Source: Lingula anatina
Lineage: Eukaryota > Animalia > Brachiopoda
NCBI GenBank assembly: GCA_051362555.1
Contig: CM120645.1
Location: 21,638,001 to 21,702,000, forward strand
Reading direction: 5' to 3'
Length of the DNA stretch: 64,000 nt
The translations under genes and the position numbers were made by a program. Shown in pieces: positions 48,401 through 62,911 of this stretch. Each line of letters opens with the position of its first letter. The first letter of the stretch is position 1. The notes beneath the pieces were generated by a model, which ran no database searches, was not told where the DNA came from, and saw only the letters and a list, made by a program, of their open reading frames with translations.

Positions 48401-51016
48401 TCTTCCGCGTCTATCCTGGTGCTTGTGATTAGCCACTGCAATTGATATTATCGTTTGCGTGAAATGCATTTTATGTAATGAAACCGAAGTAATCAACTAA
48501 TGGCGATACACGTACGTGTTCACCACTAATAGACCATCACAGGGCCTGTCTTTTTCATCTAATTCAGTATCAATATCGTAGATTTTCTTGTTGTTATTTT
48601 TTTTCTCTGACTTATCGATTCCTACGTTTATTCATTCTTTTATCCATCCATTTATTTGTTCATCGTGAATTCATCTGTGCGTAAAAATCTGTTTTAACAT
48701 CCGGCAATAATCTTTAGTCATCTTCAAATAAAATAACGTATTTCAATATATATGGTTACAATTAAAACGCTCTGTGTTCACTTACTATCACATACTGTAG
48801 GTATTGTACCTGTATTAGCGATATGAGGTACATTTAAAAAAAACCTGTATTACATTTTCACTTTGACAATCAATAATCTTCTTCAGTCGGATGAAATGAA
48901 GAAAACCTGACGCCCTTGAGGACAAGCTCTGTGCTGTGTGCTTTGTAAAAGTCACTAATGCAGAAGCTGGTGCTTTAAAGCTAAGAAAATGTGGACACCC
49001 CAAGGGCAACATGCATAAAGTTAAAAACATGTCTGCATTCAGCGGTAGCATGCAATATCGATCCTTTGTTTATGGTTCCCTTTGTTTGGTATTGTAGTTT
49101 GTCTGTCTGTTGGCAATTTTATGCAAAAAAAAAGTTATGGGTGGATTTCAATGAATTTTTAGGAACTATCGAGTGGGGTAAAGGAACAAGGGATAAATGT
49201 TTTAGTGGCAACACGGATTACCATTAATACCTGTAATATGCATATCAGTAAAATGCGGTATTAAACAGGATTTGTTTGTGTATATCACCTACACCCTATA
49301 TCTAAGATTTAATTAACAATTAATTAATAATGATGAGAACTGTCTCGCCTTCACGGAAGGTTGCACTCTATGAGTGCTTTTCTAGTTTGATTTTAATTGA
49401 ATGGTTTAGTTATAAATGACTGGCCAGTCCGTTTACTATATCTAATTACAACACTGCTTACCGTTTGTACTGAAAAAAAGAAAGACCACAGAGTAAACAA
49501 AGTCAATCTTCAGTCGATTAATTTCCATGTGCACGTACAGATTTGAAGTGAACGTGCGTGCAAGTACCCAGTAAGGAACATGAGAATTGCTAGTACGTAA
49601 ATACGGTGATTACATTTGGCAACTAGAAGTGAACAGGATAATTTGTTTGTGCTTAGAATTACAGTACGTAGGTAGATAGTAAGAGGGCAACATTGAGCTC
49701 ATTAAGTACGCGCATATAGTACGTTTATGCCATCTCATGTTCCCAAGGGAAAACTGCAGGAAATGGCACGTTTTTAAGATACGTGAAGCGCATGTGTGAA
49801 TCATGATCTGTCAAATGAAATACAAATTATGCTACTCCTGCATGTCAGAATCAGCCAATTATCTTGCAGAGTCCGGTAGCAACCAATTCCCGATTTTGTT
49901 GAGAGAAAAATACATGTAGATCTGACGTCAGATTTTCAATTTTCTGTTTTTTTATATATCGAGAGAGTGCTCGATCATTACGGTTGTAAATGCGACAGTG
50001 AAAATGCCAATTAGTTAACATTTGTCTACAAAAAAGTCTGACTTTATATGTCGCTAAATACCAGTAGCTTACAATTGAAATTAATGAGTTCCCATGTGTG
50101 TGACAAGTTTATTTCTCACATACTGAGTTATACAATAGTTTAGGGAACATGCAATGGTGCATTGTATATATTGTATACATCTATATGCACATCTTAACAT
50201 GCACAAGTCAACATTATTCAATATCCTGATACATTTGAACATTTTATTGGGTTCATTATTATCTTCGTAGAAAAAACTGTTCATGTGACTCAATTACACT
50301 TGGTTATATATGCTATTCATGTATGTATGCTGTTCACAGGATATATGCTTGATTTTCTACATTCTTCGATATAACATAATTCAACCGTCTGTCCCCTGAT
50401 GTAACCCTTGTTTGACAATGTTTTTAGAGCTCTTTCGTGATAACGGTAGTACATGTATACCCCAGAAAGACGTGTTTTTCAATACCACTGCGTTAATTAT
50501 CTTTGTCACCTTGAACGATTCTTATGAGTTTAAAGTAACCCGATTAACCCTCCACGGTGATCAGCTTATGGTGTCAAATCGTGTAAACCGGTTCCGTCTA
50601 AACCGACAGCTCAATCGTATTACTTTTATCCCGTTGCGTAACAAACAAATAACAAAGACACTTTTGTAACACAAACAGTTTTTTTAAGACGACCACAATC
50701 AGAGTTATTTTTGCTCACATAATGATGGTGTCTCCAAAAGATTTGTCTGTTGGGAATGGGGCTAAGCGGACGGTTTCAAAATATAACTTACACCAGAAAA
50801 TTGATCTAAGATTTTAGGACAACAAAGCTGGTATACTCTTGTAAATCATACATATAATAAGGCACTCATATGAAGTAATCATTGAGCTGAAACATTAGCA
50901 TTATCTTGCTTGTATACAATAGGTTTAATGCATTTCATGTCATTGGACTACCCCAAATCTATGCATTAGATTGTGGACTGCAATTTTTTAAAGAAAACAT
51001 TTCAAAAGAAACTTAG

Positions 51017-51330
51017 CCGGCACGAAAATGCAGTAGTATCGAAATAGCAAAAAAGCATTAACGCAGTAGTGATGTGGAGCATATTTGCAGTAGAAATGCA
51101 GCATAGCCTACTGCAATTCTACTCCAAAAAGTACATAGGTTTGTACAGAGAGGAGCATTAATGCAGTAGATTAGCAGCATGATAGAAGCATTTTTCAAAT
51201 ATGCTAATTAGCTCCCAAATCGAAGCAGATTTGAAACATGTTTGCAGTATGATTGCAGTAGTCTACTGCGGTTTGCAGTATGATTGCAGTATTCTACTGC
51301 GCTGGAGTATCTACTGCGTTTTCTTGCGGG
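51017..51330 (+). mobile_element. MITE family copy 3 (TSD AG)
   Basis: Same sequence with an internal duplication of about 30 bp. Confidence 0.85.
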
Positions 51331-51734
51331 AGTTGCTATGTTTCGAAAAGGTTAAAAACATGTTTGTTGGCCCCTATGTTGGGCCAAAATTGACGTAAGT
51401 TTTGGCCAAAAAGTTAAGACCAGTTATCGGGATGAAGTTCATTTTTGAAACGGACCGAGGTGTTGTTGTTTCCTCTATCTGAGACGTGTCGTTAGAGTAG
51501 AGGGACGGCAGTTTACTGAACAGACAGAAAATGGGTGGACAAGCGCACTGACTGCGTGCAAATGAGACTGGTGTAACGAAACTGAGGCTCCGTGTAACAG
51601 AATAGCCGCCCACCATTTAGTTATCATAGTTAGGGTTATAGCCTGACCTAAGTGGGTCAAAATTTAGGGCGAGGCTTACCTGTGCAAATATATGGGAAGT
51701 GGACTCTCGTCAAGACTCTATGCCACGTTACACC

Positions 51735-51736
<2 letters not shown>

Positions 51737-51778
<42 letters not shown>
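51737..51778. repeat. (CT)n microsatellite
   Basis: Read directly. Confidence 0.9.
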
Positions 51779-51783
<5 letters not shown>

Positions 51784-52456
51784 CCATTTTATTTATCTAT
51801 TTATTTATTTTTTATGCAATGTTCCAGCTGTCGAATTGCCCTCTTAGAACAATTCATCCCACATTCTGGTAAGGAAGATCGTTGTTTATGGGACACCTTT
51901 GGGAGTTCTTTTAATTTTAGTGTGGATGTACTGGTAGTAATTGTAATAATTTCAATACAGGAGTATCGCTAAATTAGTACTCAATTAGTTATTCTGTATA
52001 CATAAAATGTGATGGATGACAAATGTAAGGTACGTTATGAATAACGACTCTTGGGCATTAATTAATTAATGTACTTTATTACAACCTTGTAACCCTTAAA
52101 ACGATCGACGTACAATGTCCTGATTCAAAGTCTTGCCTACGCGCTGCATTTTGGACACATTGTGGTACAATTATATAAAAGTTCGATTATGTATTCATAC
52201 TTTATTACATACGGCGCGGAGACAGGTGCACAGCGGTCGATCGTTATTTCATTGCATAAAATAAAGCTATACTTAAACAATTATCGACCTAAGGATTCCT
52301 GTTCAGCTGAAATAAAAACGAAATGTTTCATGGCATTAGAAATACTAAAACTGTATTTCGTTGCACCTGCGCAGCTCATAGCGATAACGAAATGGAATTA
52401 ATAGTTGTTTAAACAAACAGTATTTTAATTGATATGCAACATGTTGCTATATCTTA

Positions 52457-52629
52457 GGCCACATTCAGAACAGTGGACTAACTAGACCGAGAGTCAATAT
52501 GGCCGACCCACTTGAATACTCTCCCACGGGGAATCTATGCAGTGTCTATTAGGGGATTAGAAGGCAAACTTTTAGGGGGTCGCCATGTTTGGCCCTTGGA
52601 CTAGTTAGTCCACTATTCTGAATGTGGCC
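52457..52629. mobile_element. Harbinger/Tourist-like MITE
   Basis: TIR GGCCACATTCAGAA(C/T)AGTGGACTAACTAG, TTA TSD. Confidence 0.8.
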
Positions 52630-52787
52630 TTAGTCGGTCTTTATTCTTAACAACGGGAGGTACAGTTGTCTGTCTGTAACACACCAGTTAGATATTAAGT
52701 AGCTTGGATAAAACGCTGTTACAAAATTAAAAAAAAAAAAAAAACTCAGTTCTCTGGCTAAGAATGTGTGCATATGCCCATGTAGCG

Positions 52788-52828
<41 letters not shown>

Positions 52829-55800
52829 AAGAGAGAGAGAGAGTGAAACTTGGGCCTGGACAATACAGTTACGTTCCTACAGAAATATTTAATCACCCGA
52901 TTGGATTCGCCTCGAACTAAAAGTAGGCCTTAGATTACTTAAGAAATAACAAAGTGAAGGGCAAATTGAGGCTTATAGAGATGACGAATCACATTCACTT
53001 TTCACCTGCTCGCAGGAAAATTGCGAGGAAATTAACACATTTTGTCGTGCAATCGTCAGCCAGGAATATTGAAAATCATAGCATGATTGAATAATGCCAT
53101 ATTGACATCGGCCTATATATAGATATATTTTAAGAGGCAGTGATTATAAACTGCATATTAAGAAGACACACCTTGCGCTTTAATTTCAATATCTAAGTTA
53201 CAGTGTGTATCTATCTTGTTCTTTTACATTCTTGAATCGCACGGTGCGTGAGTTAATCAAAGAGTAGGTTTTCCTTATACGCATAATGGGAACCCTTTTT
53301 TTAGAACAAACCAGAAGACAGAGACAAAAATGGTATTCTCCAAGCTTTAAACGATCACGCACATGTGATGTTGATACCTCTTCTGCCTTTACGAATGCAA
53401 AACTAATTTCTTGACTTTTACTTTGCCATGGGCATCTCCCACATTATAAGACACTTAACAGTGAATTCTTTGTTTTTCGATAGCAACTAATACCGTAAAC
53501 AGAAGATTATTACCAAATGCTCTCCTTTCGATAAAAACATTTTGTTTACGTGCAATATGTTGTGAAAATGGTGACACCTTTGATGATTTGAAGAGTAAGG
53601 TATGAAAGAGAAAAGAGTAAAGTAATGAACGATTATAACGACATATCTTTTGTAAGTTTTGGCGTTTTTGTTCTGTTATACATGCGGTTCTAATTCAAAG
53701 TTTACGCATGGCGGGAAAGACAATGGATGCTCTAGATCTAGTGCGTCGGCTGTACCGTCAGCCACGTGATAAGTCAGTCCATTTATACATTCCCATACTT
53801 TAACAAAAATAGAACCGAATGTACATGAAATAATGAAATAAATAAATACATATACTAGTACTAAATATAAATAACCTTGTTCAGTAAGTGTACATCCTAT
53901 CTTAAAAAGAATTAAAACGAAATAAGAAAACAGCTGTTGTTCAGTCATCCGAGATAAAAGATGTCCCTTTATCAGTGTTAATAAAAATATATATCATAAA
54001 TATATATTTTAAAGGCAGGTGATGTATAATAATAAAATAAAGTCTCCAAATCGTTCAATAAATAAATTGAATAATAATAATAATAACAAAAGCAAATAAG
54101 ATATTTTGACAGTCCAATTTTTAAAGATAAAATAAAAAGCATTGGGCATTGGTCTAGTTGGTGCGAAAATGTTAAATTGACCCCAGGTAAGCATTATCCT
54201 CAAAATTTCCCACGATGTGGGTTCGACTTCCACCCAAATTACAAATGAATTAAAAATAAAATAAAAAATTAAGAAACGACCTTCAAATAACACATTTTGA
54301 AAAACAAAACAAAAAAGGACGTCAGTCGATCCTATCTACATACAGCAGTCTCTCGTTAACCATCTTATCAATACCGTTTCTCGATCCCTAAGGTTCTTTT
54401 CATTAGATACCTGGCTGAAGTGCAATGACTTTTTCTGTAGTGGAAATGCAAATTATTGAACGTAACTGTGGATTTTACAGTTTGCCCTTTATCTTCAATG
54501 ACTCTATAAGGCTTAAAGGAAGATTGATAATGGTTTCTGTTGATTTTTTGTCTGCCTATAACCATCAGTTCCATTAAAAAGTGCCTTTGTGTACATTGAA
54601 ATAAAATACCGTTCGATACAATTATCCTCTACGTACAATAACTTAAAGCTTTGGCTCCGTGATTTTTAATTCTCTCTTTTTATTAGCACAAGTACCGATA
54701 GAGTTATTTGTTTCTTTATTGTTTTGTTTAAGACACCCCAAGAATAAGCCAAGGTTAAACCAATTCCCGTGTGACGACATCCATGAAAATGACACGCTTG
54801 CACGTATCTTGTCGGTCTCAAGAGCCTCTCTTTCTCTTTACCTTTGACAGCCTTCGTCAGAAAAGAAAACACTTATGTAAACAAAAATGCCTTGAGCTCC
54901 ATTTCCAGGTTGATTAAGTTTGACAGAATGTGTGTGTGTGTATGAAAGAAACTCAAACAACGACGGCCATAGCACCGAATGTCGCAACTTTTAGGATATG
55001 TTGTAGAAAATTCAACCATGTAGAAAAAGTAGTAAAACACGACATGGAACTTATAAGGGATGGATAGAGGATGAGCTGAAGTATTTTATGTCACCACACA
55101 TATCTCATTACCACTGATGGAAAGTATCGTTACCTATGTGCCATAATTGCAACAGATGTGGCAGTTATTTTTTTCGATAGCACGAGAAAAATAAATTGAT
55201 ACTCTTCCTGTCTACATTTCGTCTACTTAAAGGCTTCATTGAAGACGTATGACAATAAGCAGATGAAATGTTGGTTGTTATAAAGTAATAATAAGCTTTC
55301 GACGGAATCACGTCTACAATTCTTAAATAAAGTGACAAAATGGATCTAATTTACTCAAGTATCTATTGTTTACACGAGGTGGCAACGGTAGACTTTAATG
55401 AAAAAACGTTACAAAAACAATAAATACTATTTAATATATAATACGTTCAGTGAGTTTCCCCATATTGCCATGACGACGGTACTGTAGCCAATGAGCTTTT
55501 GAAGTATCGAAGGAGTTGGGACCTGGCCGAACGAACGCTAAAATGCTGTGGACATTCACATGGCTTCTCCTTGCCTGAGAATTTGATTGCTTTCAACTTG
55601 TCGTATCCGTGTAGTACATTGCATCCTGTGTCATTTGAACGCTGAAATGGAAACCAGGCATAGCCTACAAGCATGTAAGTCGCTGTATATTGAGTACTAT
55701 AGGCCTAAATGAATATAAAATGTAGCCTGCAGGTAGATACTGTATGTATTAAAAGAAGTCGAGAGTTCTATAGTGTCGTCGTCCATGGAGTAAGATTTTT

Positions 55801-57283
55801 CTTAAGCGTGGGGAACATTTTTATATCTATTTTTATTAACTAATTAAATCATTTTTGGCCAAGCGATCAAAGTTTATCAATTATGAAATGGTAGATGAAG
55901 AAAGTTTTACTATGAGTTGTCGTTCGCTTGTTATATCATTATTTTTCCTTTTTTTGGGGGGGGGGAGGCAGGGGGTAGATGTCAGGGGCACCTTCGTACG
56001 TGCGGTGACCCTGGTTTCTTCACTGTTGCAGAGTGCTCCCCGTAGGTTAAAGGCGAGCGATGCTAGTACGGAAAAGCGCACTATCACATGACGTTGTTAA
56101 TCCATACATAACTAGCCTCCTCAACTTTCCAAAGTCAAAATATTAACGACGTGACCTTTCCTGTCTTTTGTGGTGCCCCATTCTCCCTTTTCCTCTCCCC
56201 TTGCCTCAAATGTAGGTCTAGATAATGCGCAAAACAGATGAAACCAAACATTTTCATTCGTGCGCCCTACGAATACATTTTCGTGCAGAATACATTCTTG
56301 CAATTGTTGTTTTGCATTTGCCGCTCTTCACTCTCCACCAAAATTCTTTATGTACCGGTGAAACAAACTTAAATCAGATGATTGTGCTTTTGGTGTACAA
56401 TGTACCATATACTGTAGTAATATCGGTATACTTGTATATTCAAAAATGCGAAAACACACGGACGCATTATATTACACAGATAAAAACCCAAGCCGGATTA
56501 TGAGATGATTAGGAGTTTCATAAAAAGCATATCTATAGGTATACTAGTAGGCAGCTCATTCGCCTAACCCGTCAGGCACTTATTTCCGTATTGATATTGC
56601 GAGCATTTGTGGTATTGATTTTATTTGTCTTAGCTGCCATATGATTATATCAATTATCTTTGTTTTCAATCTCTTTGCCAGATTTGCACTACATTTGTGA
56701 CCATTAAAGGCATCCTTGAACGGCTGGTGTGTTTATACTCAGTGCGTTGACTCCATCTACGGCAACCACAAACACAATAGTCTGTCGACAGGAGAAGGCA
56801 GGTGGCAGGCAGCACGTGCCCTTGCCTTAATTTTTGAGTACCCCCTTCGACCCCTTTCCTCATCTTCACCCCATTACCCCATCAAACCGAGCGAAACGAG
56901 GCAAAACCCTTTTCATCCCTGTCCCCAGTATGTTATAGTTAAATTACTGTCGACTGCAATTTCACATTTTCTTCCATTCTCTCCCTAAATGCCATGTCAT
57001 TTTGCCCCCTCCTCCACTGTCTGTTAACAAAATCCTGGATACGCTAGTGAAATAACACAGGTAGTTATGCCATTTTCGTACAGAGTGGAGAACCTTGGAT
57101 TCTATCTTTGACTAGTTCTCCGCTTACAAATGTACTTTACAGTGTCATGGTACTTTTCCGCTACTTTCTTCTATGTAAAATGTTTGTATCGTGTAATGTG
57201 CAGCATCACCTGTATTATATTGTATTGTACGTACTCTGGCTATCTACATATATTTCATGTTTACTTAATGTATAGTGAATGTC

Positions 57284-57284
<1 letters not shown>

Positions 57285-57329
<45 letters not shown>

Positions 57330-57354
57330 TTGCATATGTATTTTTGTTTGTCTT

Positions 57355-57402
<48 letters not shown>
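57285..57402. repeat. (TG)n microsatellite plus poly(A)
   Basis: Read directly. Confidence 0.9.
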
Positions 57403-57403
<1 letters not shown>

Positions 57404-60400
57404 AGGTAGACCTACATACACGTACATGTATGTTTAGAAACAATGGTTTCAGTATGCCGTTCCGAAGGGTTAGGTGGTATACTAGTACTTGTTCAACCGT
57501 TTATTCACCCACAGAGCAACGGTCGAACGTTTCATCTATATCTGATTTCTTTCTCTAAGTTGTGTATTACTAATGAAAAGTGACCATTCAATAACTTTTC
57601 CCTTCCGTGACGTAAACCGGGCCCCGTCACTACATTTCCGTGGCATTCATTCTTAGCAAAATGCTTAGAAATAAATTATTACGCACGTCCCGTTAACAAT
57701 AAAGAAAAACAAAATCCTTTTCTTAATGAAAGGCGTGGGGTGAATGATAATTTGATATAAAAATAGATCAGAGATGATCAAAAGCAATTTTATTGAAACA
57801 TTGTGCATTCATTGAACTAATTAATTGAATATTAATTAGACAAAAATATCGAATATATCCTTCCGGCAGTAGCGCAGGCTTAAGCTTATCATCCGCTTAC
57901 TGAGTCACCCAAAGTTCATCAAATGAAGATATAAAAGATATAGACATAGCCTTGCTGCAACCGATAGCTGACATTTTCATCCTCTTATCGCCACTACCAG
58001 TAGCAGCGCCTGAATAGAAGAACACATGTTGCTAGAGACAGCTAAATATTGGATTGGAAAATCATTCGGGAACGTGCCCATGGATTCCGAAACAATTGAA
58101 GATTTGAATGATACACTAAATGACAAAGGTATGGTTCTTAAGAGTGGAGGGTCTACCATTTAACTCCTGTTTACCTGTCGCTGGATTAAGTAGCATTGGT
58201 TCGCGTATGGTTAAGTGTATACATGAATTCTTGTACATTTTTTTAGATTGTAAAATTAATCGAATCGATGCATGAGTGAAAACATTGTCGTCGATTTTTT
58301 TAGACGAGTCAACGTGTTAGTTTGTGACTGAATTTAGCCCTGTTCTTGAATGTCCACTTACATGCAAAATTAGCACGTGGTTGACGGAACATTGCGGTAT
58401 TACAGGGATTATAGTGCTAGGACTGGAAGTCCGCGGTACCTTATTAAAAATTTAGTACATGTTAGGGTTAGAGGGAGTAACACCGGTCACGCCGGTCCCA
58501 GATCCTGTCCATTCTGTATAAAATAGACGTGTGATGTATTATGGACGTTATGGAGGGGCACAAAGCCACCATTTGTAGAGGATCACTTAAATAAGCAAGT
58601 GCCTTCTACCAGGGCCGCAGAATTATTATGCTTATGTAGCCCAAAATTCTCTGTTCACAAACACAACGAAGCTTGGTTTTTGCTCAAAATTCAATTAGAA
58701 ATAAATGGCCAAGTGACTGAAAAGTGTCATTTATAAAAATGACGAAATGCAATATGATACGAATTTACAAGAGAAGGATATATGCCAACATCAAATTAAA
58801 TGATCACACGCACATCCCCCATACACTGGAGCAAAAAATTGGCAAATAGCAAAACAGTGGCCTTTGTTGCATTTTTCTCCAGCGCGGCAGAGCATCGTGT
58901 CATAAATTAGCCAGAGACATATTTGTGAATATCTAGTGAAAAATCAATCTGTGACCTTTTAAAAGGGTAGGAAGTCAGAAGATATCATGCCGCTGTATCA
59001 TGTTCAGAATTTTTTCCGAAGATTCACGCATTGCAATGATTCATTTAATCAACTTTTAAAAGCTGCCACTCATGTATACACGAACAACATGTTGAAAAGT
59101 ATAGCCCGCAGTCAAGTGTGCCCCAAGCGTGACTTTCAGCAAAATAATTAACCATAAGTGCTCCCTGGAACCTTTCAAGCTTTTTATGTGGGATTTAAAT
59201 AGTTTATAAGCATCCAATTGGTAAGCATGGCACTCGTGTGTCATATCCATTGGAATTGCCGGTAACAAGGGTTCACATTAAGCTACTTTGGTCAACTACG
59301 GGCAAAGAGCCTTTGGTGATATATATGTATGGTAGAAAGCAATCACGATATGAGACCTACAGCCATGCTTTCTGTGATAATAGCCTGCAGAGATCAAATT
59401 AAAGTACCTTAACCTTTTAACAACGACCCTCCATACGCGTATCCATCAAGGTGCATCCTGAGTTAATTAGTCGGCAATGATAGGGAGAAAGCACGATTCT
59501 TGGAATATAATATGATATAGTTTAGGATTTGTGCTCTATTGTCTAATAGAAGTTGACTGCCGATGGCACAGATTGAGTTTCTGTACAGCTGATACGGCAA
59601 TTATCCATCATGCTTAAATGGTTAGGTTTTCAACCTAACACATGTTGTCATGTTTTGGCAATTTCAACAATTCATTTTGATATTTAAAGGTACACTCCAT
59701 GGATTTTTCTTGGGAAATAAGGAATTATTTCGTACTCACGAATAATTTTTCTATCCCACTCTGCACTTGAATTCGAGCTTTGATAAAATTTATGAAGGTT
59801 GATTTTAGCTTAAAATGAATGGCCACCATTTTTGCATAAGCTCTAATGGATATATCAAGATATATACCTCCCAGAAAAAATATTTAAGGGGTTAAACAAT
59901 TTAAGTGTATGTATAGTTTTACATGTATAAAAAGCCGTGGATGACAAAATAAGAATTTTGAGGAATTTCAATTCTTTTAATAATAAAAAATTAATTATAA
60001 TTGCAGTGTTGATGTCAATATTGCAAACACACTTGGTGCATGAAAAAAATAAGCCACTATTATTTTTAATCATTCGCCTGAATATGACAGATGATAATAA
60101 CATTCAGTAGAAGATAAAAAAATCGAACTATTACAACACGAGTCAATGAACTGTTAGGTTTGAAAGGTTATTTGAAACTTCCTAATAGATTTAAGCAACC
60201 CTACGTTTTAAAGCATAAAGATGTCAGGCAAAGAAGTCTTGAAGTGACATGTTTCGGAAATGACTACCGAGCGTCTTAATGAAGGGCTAAAAGGTTTCCC
60301 TGGCTCGATGCACTAATGATTTGTGCGGTATATTAGCTGCCCTAAAGCGCTCGACCAAACAAAGCGTAATCGCGTTGTCACATCGTGTGAAATAAGGTAA

Positions 60401-62819
60401 TCGGCACATGATTTTGAATCTGCATTGAACGCTCTCTTCCTTCAACCATCTATCTTGCTATATACCTGTCTCTCCGTCCTTCTATCGGGCCATTTGCTTA
60501 GTCATCTAAGCAACCCACCAAATTACGAACTATAACTCTATCTATCTGTCTGTCTGTCTGTCTATCTATCTGTCTGTCTGTCTAGTAGCAAGCAAATGTT
60601 CAGTGGTCTAATGGTAAACAATTTATCCACCGATTATCTCTGGAAGAGCGACTTCCGCTGACAAATGCAGGGTTTAGCGGGGGAGGGGGGGGGCGCATGG
60701 CTGAAATGTTTGCCACTTTTCTTTTCTTTTTACCAAAGTGATGAGTGGTTTCCTCTGCAAATTGCAAGACCATTGCAAAACTAATTTGCTGCATGTTTCA
60801 CACCTCCTAAACTTTGACAGCATAAAGTGACGTCTGTCTTCTCCGGCACTTGTCTTCTTCAGGCGGCAACTTCCTGTTGACTTCATGGACATCACCAGTG
60901 TATAGGGCTGACCATGCAAGCACGTCATGTCTGATGGTTTTCTAGGGAATATCTATACCCTCCTCCCTCAGAGAAACAATTTCTTTTTTCCTTGATTTGT
61001 GAGCTCTCATGCCTTCGCCATGTTAGAAACTTGACAGCCAGAAGGGCGTTGTACCTTCGATGGAACCCTTTATAGTACACATGGATGAAATATTACCACT
61101 GGTTAGATGAGGAATAAACTGCGAATCACTTTTTACGAATTGGCTCCCATGTCATGTAGCGCACTATTCATGGAGATGGTGCAATTCTTTTGCCATCCTA
61201 TGTATGTATGTATGTCCCGTAGCCAGTTAGCCTTCCGATTGACTCATGACCACATTTCATTTGGAATTGAATGTAAGGTATATATAGAGTACCCCCATTA
61301 TAGATATCGAGTAATAGTAAACAACCGCAGTCAATGAAAGGTCAAGGACACACCTCGTGACACCTGCATATCAAACAGTCCCGGAACGAAAACAAACATT
61401 GGCGTATTGCTATTATAGATGGGAATCTGCATTTAGATAAATCGATTGCCTGTCTAATAAGAACCCAATAAAAATTGACATTTGTTTCATCTTTACTATA
61501 ACGTGTGGCGATGTCAAATGGAATTGCACTTTGTTGTCTTGCTTTCTTTCATCTAATTTCGATGTTGGTGTGGGTCTACTTAATAAGCCCAATAATGCGT
61601 TTTGATAGCACTATAGTAGCAAAAAGAAAAAAAAATGACCAGGTTTTCGATCCCAAAACGTTATTAATTTTTTACCAATTTGTCTACAACGAATATATGA
61701 CAGATGCAAAATGTATCGGTACCAGTGTTGTATTGTGAAAGAAGTCATTATATTCATTTATCAGAAACTGACACTAATGTCACAAATATGACTAATACGT
61801 AAGCGGGGTGTTTTCAAGCTCTGTAAACTCTGCGACAATAGTGCCATTGAGTTGCAATTCACTTTTATTACATTCTCATCTGCTCCAGACTTTGCCTTAC
61901 TAAGGCTTAAACCTCCCTGTGCAGACGGACACACTGTAATGTGGACTGTTAGTTTTGATGAGCGTTGGTATTATGCCTGTTTTATTATAATTGGTGCTGT
62001 ATAAAACCATACATCGTATGTGCGTTACTTTGACTTTATCTTTTCTCTATAATAATAATTATAATAATGATAATAATAAATTTGAATTTTATTTTACCAT
62101 CTAAATTGTATATCGAGAACTCGTGATCAGATACTCCCTATGCCAACGTTGAAAGAAGGATGACCTTTATCGAATAATATGTCTGAGTGAATTCTTGTGC
62201 AAGTCTTTCACGGGGTTCCTGAAGCGTATGTCCAGACCCTGTGGCATATAACAAAGTCACCTTGGGTCACGAGCGTGCAAATAGACTTTCACTAAAGTCA
62301 CGTTTCCACGTTCCACGTTCGAAATGATGTAGAAAATTTCAGTTGAGGAGCAATACTGAAAAAAGCGCGGCGACTACCAATACGTTTACTCCATCAAATG
62401 ATTCTTAATGGGATGGCGGGGGGAAGGGGGGGGGGTTAAAACTGTGCCAGTACGTGACAAAAATTCGACTTATTACAAATGATCCTGTGTCATGTGTACT
62501 TTGACTGCATGAATTGCTGGCATTGTGATAAAGAAAAATATCATAATTTTATGAGCTGCAGCTCAGATTTCAGAATAAATATATTATATTTATTTATCTT
62601 TATAAAACGTCTTCCTCCACGGCTTTCGGACTAAGTGCTTACAAACCTTAAAAATTAACTAAAACATGTCTCCCTTACACGATGATACATTTATTTGAGA
62701 ATGTAGAAGCGTCTTTCAAACCAGGTCGCATGGAAAGCCATTTCATAAGCATACCTGCATTAGCTTATTACAAAAATACCGCAAGTCAAGCACATTTTCT
62801 AGGCACTTTTCCTGTTATT

Positions 62820-62823
<4 letters not shown>

Positions 62824-62906
<83 letters not shown>
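62824..62906. repeat. (AT)n microsatellite
   Basis: Read directly. Confidence 0.9.

Positions 62907-62911
<5 letters not shown>

Noticed and set aside
55447-56790. Possible minus-strand exons (YAWFPFQRSN..., TIVFVVAVDGVNAL...)
   Set aside because: No coherent exon chain; the VAVDGVNAL resemblance to known proteins is short and followed by a stop.
60674-60928. Cys/His-containing ORF reminiscent of a piggyBac C-terminal domain
   Set aside because: The resemblance is too weak and no TIR or TTAA boundaries were found.
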